In this document: positions 45,949 to 55,238 of the stretch, piece after piece
Numbering within the stretch: position 1 is the stretch's first letter
Layout of the letters: the number at the start of each line of letters is the position of its first letter
Assembly (NCBI GenBank): GCA_965221105.1
Contig: OZ244871.1
Span: forward strand, 114,453-178,452
Reading direction: 5' to 3'
DNA length: 64,000 bases
Source: Pseudomonadales bacterium
Lineage (GTDB): Bacteria; Pseudomonadota; Gammaproteobacteria; Pseudomonadales; GM7GCV1
Notes under the pieces: model-generated
Database searches by the model: none
What the model saw: only the letters and a program-made list of their open reading frames with translations
Told to the model about the DNA's origin: nothing
Position numbers and translations under genes: made by a program

Positions 45949-46273
45949 CTCAGATATCCTGCCCGCGGATCTTTTTCTGTTACATTGTTTGGGAGACCAT
46001 ACACCCGTTTTCAGGCAGCTCGTAGGCCATGCGAAGCTCAGTTCCAGGGTAGACCCTGCGGGTCTGGTTGAGCTGCCCAAGAAGTCCTGCACTGGCCGCC
46101 TTGCTCGCGGTCCCGAGGATGCGCACCCGCACGATGCCCTGCTCAGGCTCTGGAATGATATCCGCCACCGATCGAAACGGCTCAGATGCAAGCGCTGGGG
46201 TAAAAGCGCGTGTACCGCTGGTGACCTCTTGGCCTGCGCACAGCCATGGTATCATGATGGCCTGATCAGTCAC
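45949..46273 (-). mobile_element. Transposase C-terminal relic plus IS-end motif
   Basis: ADIIPEPEQGIVRVRILG..LLGQLNQTRRVYPGTELRMAYEL; motif CTCAGATATCCTGCCCGCGG (45949-45968) just past the stop is 17/20 identical to 46566-46585. Confidence 0.6.
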
Positions 46274-46439
46274 TGATCATTTCGATTGATCGAACTGCCA
46301 CTGTCGAGAGTACAGTTTTTTTCTGGTCCTGCACGCCCGAGATCGGGGCGAAATGATCGCCTAAATATCTCCAATTGTCTGCATGCATGTATCAAGAAGT
46401 GTGCTGTGCTAGAATCTGCGCATGTGCTGAAGCCATTCT

Positions 46440-46545
46440 TCGATTGGCGACCGGACTGAGCACCGCGTGTGAGTTGCCTGAAAACCGGTACAATCGACCT
46501 GAAACTCTCACCACAGTGGCAGAAAAAGTCAGGGGGGCAGAACTT
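46440..46545 (+). mobile_element. Second, inverted relic of the same transposase 3' end
   Basis: GAGTTGCCTGAAAAC (46471) is 14/15 identical to the reverse complement of 46007-46021; shared CAGAAAAAG downstream. Confidence 0.5.
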
Positions 46546-46565
46546 CCAAACCTGACAATGCGAAC

Positions 46566-46827
46566 CTCAGATGTCCTGACCTCGGCACTTTTACTGCTCA
46601 CTTATTTGAAATACTCTCGCCGGTTTTGGCCTGTTTTCGGGCTTCACGGGATTGTATTTGGGGTGTCTGCACGGTGGGCACCCTGACATGGTTTTCAGAT
46701 TATATGAGCACTTCAAGAATGTGCCCTGTGCCTCAAAAAAACAAAAGACTGAAAAAATGTATATTTTTCAGGGTTCATATCCGATTGTATGTTTCTCGTA
46801 TAAGGGACTGAGATCGGGACGTCTGAG
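46566..46827. mobile_element. MITE-like element (262 bp)
   Basis: CTCAGATGTCCTGACCTCGG versus reverse complement of 46808-46827, 16/20; no target duplication seen. Confidence 0.5.
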
Positions 46828-46937
46828 CCTATTCCCTCGCCAACCCTGATCGGCACTCCATGCACACCCGGTTCATCGTCCCGGGACGCTGTGACACCTT
46901 CGGGACCGGACACGAGCGCAGTGACAGAGATGTACTT

Positions 46938-47990
46938 ATGAGTGAAGACACACCGAAAAGACCAACTGGCCTGCCGACCACGCGGCACGATGCGCTGTTC
47001 CGCACCCTGCTGACCAATCCTGAGCGGGCAGGACAGGTCTTGCGCGATCATCTGCCAGAGCCGATTGCCACGCGTCTTGCTGCGCAGGATCCGCGATTGA
47101 TCGATGGCAGTTTTGTTGATGAGGCCCTGCGCGGAAGCCAGGCCGACCGACTGTTCGAGGTGACACTGGATGGTGGCACTCCGCTGCTCATTTACGCATT
47201 GCTTGAACACAAAAGCGAACCGGACCAGAAAACCCCGCTCCAGCTTGCCGGGTATATGATCAATATCTGGAAACGCTATGCCGATGAGCATCCAGACCGC
47301 AAGAGCCGATTGCCAGCGATCATTCCGATTGTCTTCTACCATGGTGCCGCGCACTGGACTGTTCCGCGCTCCCTGTTTGATCTGATCGAGGATGATGAGG
47401 AGATACGTCCATTCAGCCGTTCCATGGCCTATGTCCTGCGTGATATTGGTCAGATGAGCCTGGAGCAGATGTCGTCCCGCCCTGAAGTCCGGTCAGTGTT
47501 TCATGTGCTGCATATCTCGCGGCGAGACAGGATTGGGCACGAGGAACTGGCCGATATCATCGCCCCGCTTGTCGATGGATCGGACTTGGAATCGGCCACT
47601 CTGCACTATATAGTAGGTGATCAGAAGATTACGCAGACCATGCTTGAGGCTGCGCTGCGTCAGGCGAAACCGGAACGATGGGAGGCCCTCATGGGCACAC
47701 TTGCTGAAACCTGGTTCGAACAGGGCAAAGCTGATGGGATGGCTGAGGGTGAAGCCAGAGGCAAGGCTGTTGGGATGGCTGAGGGTGAAGCCAGAGGTGA
47801 AGCCAGAGGCAAAGCCAGAGGCAAGGCTGAGACCTTCCTGCAACTGGCGCGTCTCAAATATGGCGATCTGTCCGAGCAGTGCATCGAAGCGGTGCGCATC
47901 GCCTCTGCCACGCAACTGGATCACTGGCTGCACGCTCTGCTCAGCGCTGAAACGCTGGAGGACATTTTCAATCCTCCTCACTCACAGTGA
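46938..47990 (+). CDS. Rpn family recombination-promoting nuclease (PD-(D/E)XK)
   Basis: HDALFR, SFVDEALR..QADRLF, LLEHKS, PAIIPIVFYHG..W; C-terminal G-E-A-R repeats. Confidence 0.92.
   Translation: MSEDTPKRPTGLPTTRHDALFRTLLTNPERAGQVLRDHLPEPIATRLAAQDPRLIDGSFVDEALRGSQADRLFEVTLDGGTPLLIYALLEHKSEPDQKTPLQLAGYMINIWKRYADEHPDRKSRLPAIIPIVFYHGAAHWTVPRSLFDLIEDDEEIRPFSRSMAYVLRDIGQMSLEQMSSRPEVRSVFHVLHISRRDRIGHEELADIIAPLVDGSDLESATLHYIVGDQKITQTMLEAALRQAKPERWEALMGTLAETWFEQGKADGMAEGEARGKAVGMAEGEARGEARGKARGKAETFLQLARLKYGDLSEQCIEAVRIASATQLDHWLHALLSAETLEDIFNPPHSQ
47691..47990 (+). CDS. Nested in-frame small protein (RpnS-type antitoxin candidate, 99 aa)
   Basis: GGAGG at 47681-47685, ATG at 47691 in the Rpn frame; MGTLAETWFEQG.. 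Confidence 0.65.
   Translation: MGTLAETWFEQGKADGMAEGEARGKAVGMAEGEARGEARGKARGKAETFLQLARLKYGDLSEQCIEAVRIASATQLDHWLHALLSAETLEDIFNPPHSQ
47724..47831 (+). repeat. 36-nt duplication plus 12-nt tandem units in the Rpn C-terminus
   Basis: 47724-47759 and 47760-47795 are near-identical, followed by GGTGAAGCCAGA-like units. Confidence 0.85.
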
Positions 47991-48059
47991 GCTGAGTGCT
48001 GCCACACAGTGTCCGGCGGCCAATTGTCAGGCGGGCTCTGGTCATGAGTCACACGTCTT

Positions 48060-48072
48060 GTCAGGACATCTG
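48060..48072 (-). repeat. 13-bp perfect inverted partner of 46568-46580
   Basis: GTCAGGACATCTG is the reverse complement of CAGATGTCCTGAC. Confidence 0.7.
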
Positions 48073-48175
48073 GATGGTGCTCTGGTTGGCCGGGTACACT
48101 GCTGCAACCTGCTCGAGGCCATCGGTATCCACCTGACCATCCTGCCCGAAAAATTGCTGAAACCCAGAGACGGCG

Positions 48176-50272
48176 TCAATGCTGCCCCGAATCAACTTTC
48201 CGCATGGGCGGCAATGCCGCCACCAACTGGCGACCATAGCTTTTCGTCAGGAGTCTAATGTCTGTAATAGTTACCCTGCCCTGATCTGTTTCCGATCTCA
48301 ACAACCGCCCCACTCCCTGGACAAGGCGCATGGATGCATCTGCAAGACTGATATCACGAAAGCTGTTGCCGCCCCTGGCCTCAACCCATTCCGCCAAGGC
48401 TTCTTCCTCCGGTTCAGTCGGCACACTAAAGGGGATCTTGGCAATCAGCACATGCTGACAATAGCTTCCTGGCAGATCAATACCCTCCGCAAAACTGGCG
48501 AGCCCAAAAATAGTGCTCCCCCGACCTTTATCGATTCGTGAGCGATGCATATCGAGCAATCGCTGCTTGCTCCGACTGCCCTGGATCAGCACCAGCTTCT
48601 GCCAGTCAGGCTCAAGCCGGTCAAATACCTGGTCCATCTGCCGTCCGCTGGCAAAAAGTACCAGATTGGCTTTTTCGCAATCGAGCAGCCGGGGAATGGA
48701 ATCAACCAGATAGGCATCGTGAGCATCGGCGTCCTTGGGGTCTGCAGCATCTGGAGGAATTTCCAGGCTGGCATTTTTGGGGTAGTCGAATGGACTGGGT
48801 AGTTGCAGACATTCGGTATCCTGACCAAGACCAGTACGCATTTTGAGACGGTCAAAACTATCCAAAGCTGCAAGAGTCGCTGATGTCAGAACAGCACCAG
48901 CTCCTCGTTTCCACAAGTGCTCGTGCAGCACATCTCCCGCCAGTATGGGGCTGGCAAAGAGTTCGTAGTCATCACGATCTTCATACAACTGCACCCAGCG
49001 AGCCTGATTATGCTCATCTGCTGATTCACCGAGGCAATAGTTACTCCACAGGCGGTGTGCGTTTTCTGCACGACTCAGCCACTGCCCTGCAATTGGAAAC
49101 CACCGGTCGCGACCATCCGGCCCGGTACCGGACTCTCCAGATGCCAGCAACTCGGAAAGCCGCTCCAGTCTGTTGCAGAGCCTGGACTGCAATTCCGCGA
49201 TAGAGTCTGCCTGTGCCCTGAGCGGGCCCGGCACCTCGCCTTGGACGAAACGGACTGCAATGCGATCTCCAGTATCTCGCTCAGGCCGGGACTCGATAAT
49301 CTCCGCGAGCACCGGCCGTATGAGTTGAAAACTGTCAATAAGGGTTGTTCCCAGCGCGAGGATTTCTTCTGCCGTAGATACGAGCCCTTCGATAGAATCA
49401 AGCTCACTCTGAAGCCGAGCCAGAAGCACGTTTTGCTGCTCCAAATGGCCCAGAGCAGTTCCCAGCCTGAATCTCACAGCGAAGTGACGCCGCGCCTTTT
49501 CTCCCAGATGATGGGCTTCATCAAAAACATACATGCAGTCTTCAACCGATGGCAGGATAACTCCGCCGCCAAGCGCAAGATCCGACAGCACAAGATCATG
49601 ATTGGCCACCAGTACCAAGGAATCTTCCAACTGGTTGCGCGCCGAAAAAAATGCGCAGTGGCTCACATGAGGACAGGCACGTCCCATGCATTGATAGCGA
49701 TCACTGGTGAGGGGGCGCCAGTCATCCTCTGTTACGCTGTGCTCCCAGGTATCCCGGTCGCCATCCCAGATGGAGTCTGCACGTGCATTCTCCATCGACT
49801 GATAGAGTCGCAGTCGGTCGGCAGTGAGCGCCTGCGCATCACCTTCCAGATACATGCTGATCTGGTCCGCAGCTGGGTCTGTAGCGAGTACGTTTTCCAG
49901 CTTGACCTGACACAGGTAGCGACCGCGCCCCTTGACCAGTTGAAATCCAAATGACAGCCCCGCCTGTTCGATAACATCCGGTATGTCCTTATTCACCAGC
50001 TGCTCCTGAAGAGCGATGGTGCCCGTGGAGACGATCAAGGTTTTTCCCTGTTGCCGAGCCACGGGAATTGCTGCCAGCAGGTAGGCCAGGGTTTTGCCTG
50101 TCCCAGTGCCAGCCTCTATAGCTACTACCCTCTGTTCAGGTTGGGAATGCAGTAACTGTTTCGCAATTGCCGCAATCATGCGTTTTTGGGTCGGACGAGC
50201 CCGAAACCCCGTATTTTTCAGGAACTTTGAATAAGCAGCCTGAATCTCGGCCTTGACGTCAGCAGGGATCAA
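48176..50272 (-). CDS. dinG: ATP-dependent DNA helicase DinG
   Basis: EAGTGTGKT, KGRGRYLC, Fe-S Cys cluster, DEAHH, QGVGRLLR. Confidence 0.94.
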   Translation of the reverse strand: MIPADVKAEIQAAYSKFLKNTGFRARPTQKRMIAAIAKQLLHSQPEQRVVAIEAGTGTGKTLAYLLAAIPVARQQGKTLIVSTGTIALQEQLVNKDIPDVIEQAGLSFGFQLVKGRGRYLCQVKLENVLATDPAADQISMYLEGDAQALTADRLRLYQSMENARADSIWDGDRDTWEHSVTEDDWRPLTSDRYQCMGRACPHVSHCAFFSARNQLEDSLVLVANHDLVLSDLALGGGVILPSVEDCMYVFDEAHHLGEKARRHFAVRFRLGTALGHLEQQNVLLARLQSELDSIEGLVSTAEEILALGTTLIDSFQLIRPVLAEIIESRPERDTGDRIAVRFVQGEVPGPLRAQADSIAELQSRLCNRLERLSELLASGESGTGPDGRDRWFPIAGQWLSRAENAHRLWSNYCLGESADEHNQARWVQLYEDRDDYELFASPILAGDVLHEHLWKRGAGAVLTSATLAALDSFDRLKMRTGLGQDTECLQLPSPFDYPKNASLEIPPDAADPKDADAHDAYLVDSIPRLLDCEKANLVLFASGRQMDQVFDRLEPDWQKLVLIQGSRSKQRLLDMHRSRIDKGRGSTIFGLASFAEGIDLPGSYCQHVLIAKIPFSVPTEPEEEALAEWVEARGGNSFRDISLADASMRLVQGVGRLLRSETDQGRVTITDIRLLTKSYGRQLVAALPPMRKVDSGQH

Positions 50273-51354
50273 TTGAGTTGTACGCCCTGTATCAGATCTC
50301 GAAAACGATCAACCCGTGCCGGCTTCCAGGCAGATTGTGTTGATAGATTTCCCCAGACGGGATCATCAGGAACCCTTCCAATGACATGCACATGGAGCTG
50401 GGGCAGGTAATTCCCGAGCGCCGCCACATCAATTTTTTCTGCGGCACACTCCTGACGCAACAGATTCGCGATCCGGTCCGATTCGGCCAGCAATCGCGTC
50501 CGACACGCTCCAGACATATCATCGAGATCCCGGTATCGACCACATCTTGGTACCAGAATAAACCAGGGAACCTCAGCGTTCCTATGCAGCAAAACCCGTG
50601 AGCACTCAAGGTCACCAATCCAATGGCAGTCCCTGTCCAGCTGCGGGTTCAGCTGAAATTCAATTTCTGCTTCAATGTGTTCAAGAATCCTCGCCATCAA
50701 CCGATTTGCCTCCCCAAACCGTCCTCCATCTTTCAGCAACTCTGCCTCATCCTGAATCCAAGGACCCTCAACCAGCTCATCTCGGCTCTTTTCGATTAGC
50801 GCGGATGTGGAGGCCGGCGTGAACTCCAGATGAAACTGAAGACCGATGATCCGCCGGTGCCAGACAAACGCCTGGTGGGCGCAGGCTGTGCTCGTGGCAA
50901 GATGCAGAGCACCATCCGGTACAGTGAAGCTGTCCCCATGCCAGTGCAGGCAATCGAATGTGCGGGGAAGAAGATCGCAGAGCCAGGAGTCTGACCCGGC
51001 TGGCGTCTGCTGTACCGGATACCAGCCAATTTCCTTGTGTCCGAGGGCGCCCACCTCAGCTCCGAGCACCTGCGCCACCAGTTGCGCGCCCAAGCAAATA
51101 CCCAGAACCCATTTGTGCTGATCGATGGCCTGGCTGATATAGACTTTCTCAACTTCGAGGAAGGGGAACTGATCCGTGTCGGATACCGACATGGGGCCAC
51201 CCATAACAACCAGCAAATCCACCTGTCCCAGCTCCGGCAGACGGTACTCAGAATACAGGCGCACAATCTCGATATGGTGACCACGCCCCTCAAAATAGGG
51301 AGCAATGGTTCCTGATCCTTCAAAGGGCACGTGCTGTAAAACGCAGATATTCAC
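50269..51354 (-). CDS. Type 1 glutamine amidotransferase-like domain fused to a HIT-family domain
   Basis: QHVPFEG, GGPMSV, GICLGAQL, QFHLE; then PWFILVPR, AALGNYLPQLHVHVIGR. Confidence 0.82.
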   Translation of the reverse strand: MNICVLQHVPFEGSGTIAPYFEGRGHHIEIVRLYSEYRLPELGQVDLLVVMGGPMSVSDTDQFPFLEVEKVYISQAIDQHKWVLGICLGAQLVAQVLGAEVGALGHKEIGWYPVQQTPAGSDSWLCDLLPRTFDCLHWHGDSFTVPDGALHLATSTACAHQAFVWHRRIIGLQFHLEFTPASTSALIEKSRDELVEGPWIQDEAELLKDGGRFGEANRLMARILEHIEAEIEFQLNPQLDRDCHWIGDLECSRVLLHRNAEVPWFILVPRCGRYRDLDDMSGACRTRLLAESDRIANLLRQECAAEKIDVAALGNYLPQLHVHVIGRVPDDPVWGNLSTQSAWKPARVDRFRDLIQGVQLN

Positions 51355-51619
51355 CTGTGGTATCCGTCATGAGCACCGCCCCGATTCAGGCACCTGACCT
51401 GCGACGGTGAAACCGTCAAGGATTCACTGTCAGCCAACGCAGGGCAACGTTCGCAGCTTGCCCGTACTATCCTGCCCGCGACCATGCCCGTGGTGCTCGC
51501 CTCTCCCATCTGCTCAGATTCAATTATGATTTCCCGTTTCAGGGCACTAGAATGCCTGGTCATTCTATAGCATTCCCCTGTACGAAAGCTCCCAAATCCA
51601 ACCGATCAGGACTGAATAC

Positions 51620-52612
51620 ATGCGCCAGGTGTACACAGAATTCCACTTTGATCAGCTTGCCGACTGGATGTCTGAACAGGGTCTGGATGAATGGGCAGAC
51701 GCACTGCCTTCAATGGTGGATAGGGGCTTTGACTATAAGCGCTACGGAGATCTGCAGGGCTGGTTGGAGCTTCTTGATGAACTTCCGGACATCGAGGCTG
51801 AAGAGGTCGAGTTGACCAGCCAGGTTGCACTGCACTCCTCAGCGCTGGATCCGGAGAGCGGCGCGCAGATCGAGCAGGCTCTGCGTGGGCTTGTCCCCTG
51901 GCGGAAAGGTCCATACAGTCTTTTTGGTATTGATCTCGATGCCGAGTGGCGCTCTGACTGGAAGTGGGAACGAATATTGCCGGGGCTTGATTCCCTTGAC
52001 GGCCAACTGGTGCTGGATGTTGGTTGCGGTAATGGGTATCACCTCTGGCGTATGCTTGGTGCTGGTGCCCGACGGGTTATTGGCATCGATCCCTCACCCA
52101 GATTCGCTATCCAGTTCCAGATCATCAAGCGACTCATGGGCGATTATCCCGCGCACCTGGTACCCTGCACGATCGAGGCACTTCCAGCTTCACTGAACGC
52201 CTTTGACTCCGTATTTTCCATGGGGGTGCTGTACCACCGCAGATCCCCCATCGATCATCTCCTTGATTTGCGTAGCGTGCTGTCTTCCCGTGGGCAGCTT
52301 GTACTGGAAACTCTGGTGATCGCCGGCGATCAGACCCGGTGCCTGGTCCCTGCAGACCGCTATGCCAAGATGCGCAATGTCTGGTTTATTCCCAGCATCG
52401 GAATGCTGTCACTCTGGTTGACACGACTTGGTTTTCAGGATATCAGAGTGATCGACGAGACACCGACGAGCGTCGATGAGCAGCGCACGACCGACTGGAT
52501 GCAGTTCGAATCCCTGGCGGACTTTCTTGATCCCTGCGACCAGAGCAGAACGATTGAAGGTTATCCCGCCCCAGTCCGCGCCACCCTGACGGCTCGCAAG
52601 CCAGCTGATTAA
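51620..52612 (+). CDS. cmoB: tRNA U34 carboxymethyltransferase
   Basis: PWRKGP, EWRSDWKW, DVGCGNGYH, SMGVLYHRRSP, RYAKMRNVWF. Confidence 0.96.
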   Translation: MRQVYTEFHFDQLADWMSEQGLDEWADALPSMVDRGFDYKRYGDLQGWLELLDELPDIEAEEVELTSQVALHSSALDPESGAQIEQALRGLVPWRKGPYSLFGIDLDAEWRSDWKWERILPGLDSLDGQLVLDVGCGNGYHLWRMLGAGARRVIGIDPSPRFAIQFQIIKRLMGDYPAHLVPCTIEALPASLNAFDSVFSMGVLYHRRSPIDHLLDLRSVLSSRGQLVLETLVIAGDQTRCLVPADRYAKMRNVWFIPSIGMLSLWLTRLGFQDIRVIDETPTSVDEQRTTDWMQFESLADFLDPCDQSRTIEGYPAPVRATLTARKPAD

Positions 52613-52629
52613 AGCCGGTCTTGAAGTGC

Positions 52630-53121
52630 CTATTGCGCTTCTGATTCCCGTTCCAGCGCCTTCACCAGGGACGAAAATGTCTTCATGTTTTTACTGTTCA
52701 TGGACATGAGTATCCGGTGAGATTCGATGACTTTCTCTCGGGTTACATCAGACGACCCGGAGCAAAATTTCATTTCCTCCAGATCTGATGTTGTCTTGGA
52801 AAAATCGTCGGTGATCTGAAATATTTCATCGAAACCCATGCCCTCGATCAAACGGATCATGGATGAATCTGTGATGATCAAAAGGGGCTTGATGCCCGAC
52901 AACTCCGAGTGGAGCGCAACCTTGGCAAGAAAACCCAGGGTCGTGCTGTCGACCACCCTGGCATCTCTGAGATCGACCACGACGGATTTCAGCAAATCAG
53001 CCTCAAACAAGCGGTCAACATAGTTGCTGAGCGCCGTGCACAGCGTCACCCGCACATCTCCGACGAGCTTGAGGTAATAATTCCCTCGCCTGGTGGCGTA
53101 GTAGATCCGACCTTCGCTCAC
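52630..53121 (-). CDS. STAS anti-sigma-factor antagonist (RssC-like)
   Basis: LKLVGDVRVTLC, DSTTLG phosphoserine motif. Confidence 0.88.
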   Translation of the reverse strand: MSEGRIYYATRRGNYYLKLVGDVRVTLCTALSNYVDRLFEADLLKSVVVDLRDARVVDSTTLGFLAKVALHSELSGIKPLLIITDSSMIRLIEGMGFDEIFQITDDFSKTTSDLEEMKFCSGSSDVTREKVIESHRILMSMNSKNMKTFSSLVKALERESEAQ

Positions 53122-53122
53122 A

Positions 53123-54295
53123 TTACCTCTGGTATCCGCGCGCTATCATGAAGATCCCTATATCATCCGGCAGTTCATCCGGCACTTGAACGCCAAGACA
53201 CTGCAGAACATTGTCTATATCCGGTTTACATCGCGTTAGCTTGCTCAGCAGATGAGCTTCCTGCGCTGCGAGGCCCTGTTGCGGCAGCACCTCCAGAATA
53301 CCGTCGGTAAAGGCAATCAGGATAAATTTATCCGGCAGCTCGATCTCATTCACGACCCAGTGTGTGCCGGGAAACAGACCCACGGGCTTACCTCTGCCTT
53401 TCAGGAAGTGCGCCTTTCGATCTGAAACAAGCACCGGCATGGGCAATTGTGCACCTACGGCGTATCTGAGCGTATTTTCTTCCATATCCAGCGCACCGGA
53501 AAACATGGTGAGGTGCTTGTCCACCTCGTTGTCGAGTAACACCTCGTTGATGTTCTCAAGAAAGCCCTCAGGCGCATGGGACAGGGCTGCACGGTCTTCT
53601 TCCTGAACCTGGCGACGCACGATCCTCCTCATCAACTGACGCACCATGACCGTCACGAATGCGGAAGAAGCTCCGTGCCCGGACACATCCATCAGGTAAA
53701 ACAGATAGTAGTCCTTGAGTGCTGGCATGTAATTGATAAAGTCTCCGGACAAATACAGTGAGGGCAGGATTTTCCGTGCCAGGTAGTATGGCTCTTCAAC
53801 AACCGGGGATGGCGGCAACAGCGATTGCTGCATCTGTCGGCCGGCTATCTGATCAGCCTTGAGAATGCCCAACTGTTTTTCCGACTGCTCCATGGCCTTT
53901 TCGAGTCTGCGGCGTATGCGAAGATTTCGCGCAATATGAACACGCCTCTCCTTGGCGCGTTCGGTCGCAAGTACCAGGGTACGTTCGGTAAACGGGCAAG
54001 GCAGACAATCCCGGTTGGGGTGCTGAAAAGCATCCACTACCTGCTCAATCTTGTGCCGGCGAATCAGCTGCACATATTGGATCTGGTGCTTCTTGGGGTA
54101 GCGAAACGCTATGCGCCGCTCCGCTTCATCACAGAGATCAATGTCGCACACAACGATATCGGGTGCACTGCGCTCGGTGGTTGCAGAGAGTGCCTCCAGA
54201 TTTGCGAAACCAAAAACCTCATGTCCACGGCGCACCAGATAGCGCGAGATAAGTCTTCGTGTGAGCGGATCAGTGTCCAGGGTAAAAATACGCAA
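53123..54295 (-). CDS. Receiver + PP2C/SpoIIE phosphatase (Pseudomonas RssB-like)
   Basis: PSLYLSGDF, DVSGHGASSAFVT, TDGILE, PDDI. Confidence 0.9.
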   Translation of the reverse strand: MRIFTLDTDPLTRRLISRYLVRRGHEVFGFANLEALSATTERSAPDIVVCDIDLCDEAERRIAFRYPKKHQIQYVQLIRRHKIEQVVDAFQHPNRDCLPCPFTERTLVLATERAKERRVHIARNLRIRRRLEKAMEQSEKQLGILKADQIAGRQMQQSLLPPSPVVEEPYYLARKILPSLYLSGDFINYMPALKDYYLFYLMDVSGHGASSAFVTVMVRQLMRRIVRRQVQEEDRAALSHAPEGFLENINEVLLDNEVDKHLTMFSGALDMEENTLRYAVGAQLPMPVLVSDRKAHFLKGRGKPVGLFPGTHWVVNEIELPDKFILIAFTDGILEVLPQQGLAAQEAHLLSKLTRCKPDIDNVLQCLGVQVPDELPDDIGIFMIARGYQR

Positions 54296-54303
54296 GACTG
54301 CCC

Positions 54304-55032
54304 CTAGAAATCGGTATCAAAATCGTCCGGTTCGTCCAGCAATTTCCCATCCTTGATCAGGTACTCCCTGCGCTGCAGGTAGGCATCCTTGATAAAGAGG
54401 TAGCGATCTCCGCGCAGGATCTCCTCGGTATCGAGCAGTCCAGCCCGACGCTGAACCAGGTCAGCCGCATTCAACCCATAGCGCGCAGTCGATTCATCAA
54501 TGCGGCTGAGGGGATTGAGCACATAGTCGACAACCCTGGATGGTGCATCCCTGAGCGTTGAAGGCCCCAGAACAGGCAGATAGATATAGGGCCCCGAGCC
54601 GATGCCCCACACTGCCAGCGTCTGGCCAAAATCTTCCGGCAGATCTTTCTCCAGATCCATGGATTGTGCCACTTCAAACAGTCCCAGAACACCCAGCGTG
54701 CTGTTCACCAACACCCGTCCGGCATTCCTGGCAGCCTGTTCCAATTTCCCCTGGAGCAGATTATTGGCGGCACTTCCGGCTTCCCTGAAATTCGAGAACG
54801 CCCTGGAGATGGCCTTTTCAGCGGGGTCTGGCATGAGCGCACGATATCCGTTGGCAACCGGTTTCATGAAATGGACATCCAGCACTTCAGTGGCGTTGTA
54901 GGAAACCTTGTTGAATTTCTCCACGGCCGAATCGGCAGGCTCAATGCTGGTACGGGTCGCTGTTGCGCAGGCACTGAGCAGTGCCAGAAGCATGCAGAGA
55001 CCGAGAAACCGGGAGGCGAGTGCCTTATTCAC
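54304..55032 (-). CDS. mlaA: MlaA/VacJ lipoprotein
   Basis: Lipobox LSAC, NNLLQG, EDFGQTLAVWG.GSGPY..LP.LGPST.RD; start uncertain. Confidence 0.92.
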   Translation of the reverse strand: MNKALASRFLGLCMLLALLSACATATRTSIEPADSAVEKFNKVSYNATEVLDVHFMKPVANGYRALMPDPAEKAISRAFSNFREAGSAANNLLQGKLEQAARNAGRVLVNSTLGVLGLFEVAQSMDLEKDLPEDFGQTLAVWGIGSGPYIYLPVLGPSTLRDAPSRVVDYVLNPLSRIDESTARYGLNAADLVQRRAGLLDTEEILRGDRYLFIKDAYLQRREYLIKDGKLLDEPDDFDTDF

Positions 55033-55238
55033 AGCGGCAAAACCTTTAGTTGACAAACAGCGCATCGAAGGCTCCGGCCAGGAGCCGGAATGATCACCCA
55101 CCATTCTAACGCTCCCGGCACACTTTGACAGCGGAACTTGACAATATTGCACGAAAAAAACATCCCCGATTCTTACACTTTCTCAACATGGTGAGGCAGT
55201 TTGCGAATGGGGGGCCGAATGATGTGAAGCAGGGACTC

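Noticed and set aside
46713-47354. 213-aa minus-strand ORF
   Set aside because: Antisense to rpn with no recognisable motifs
51351-51563. 70-aa ORF upstream of the GATase-HIT gene
   Set aside because: No recognisable motif or RBS; overlaps the probable divergent promoter region
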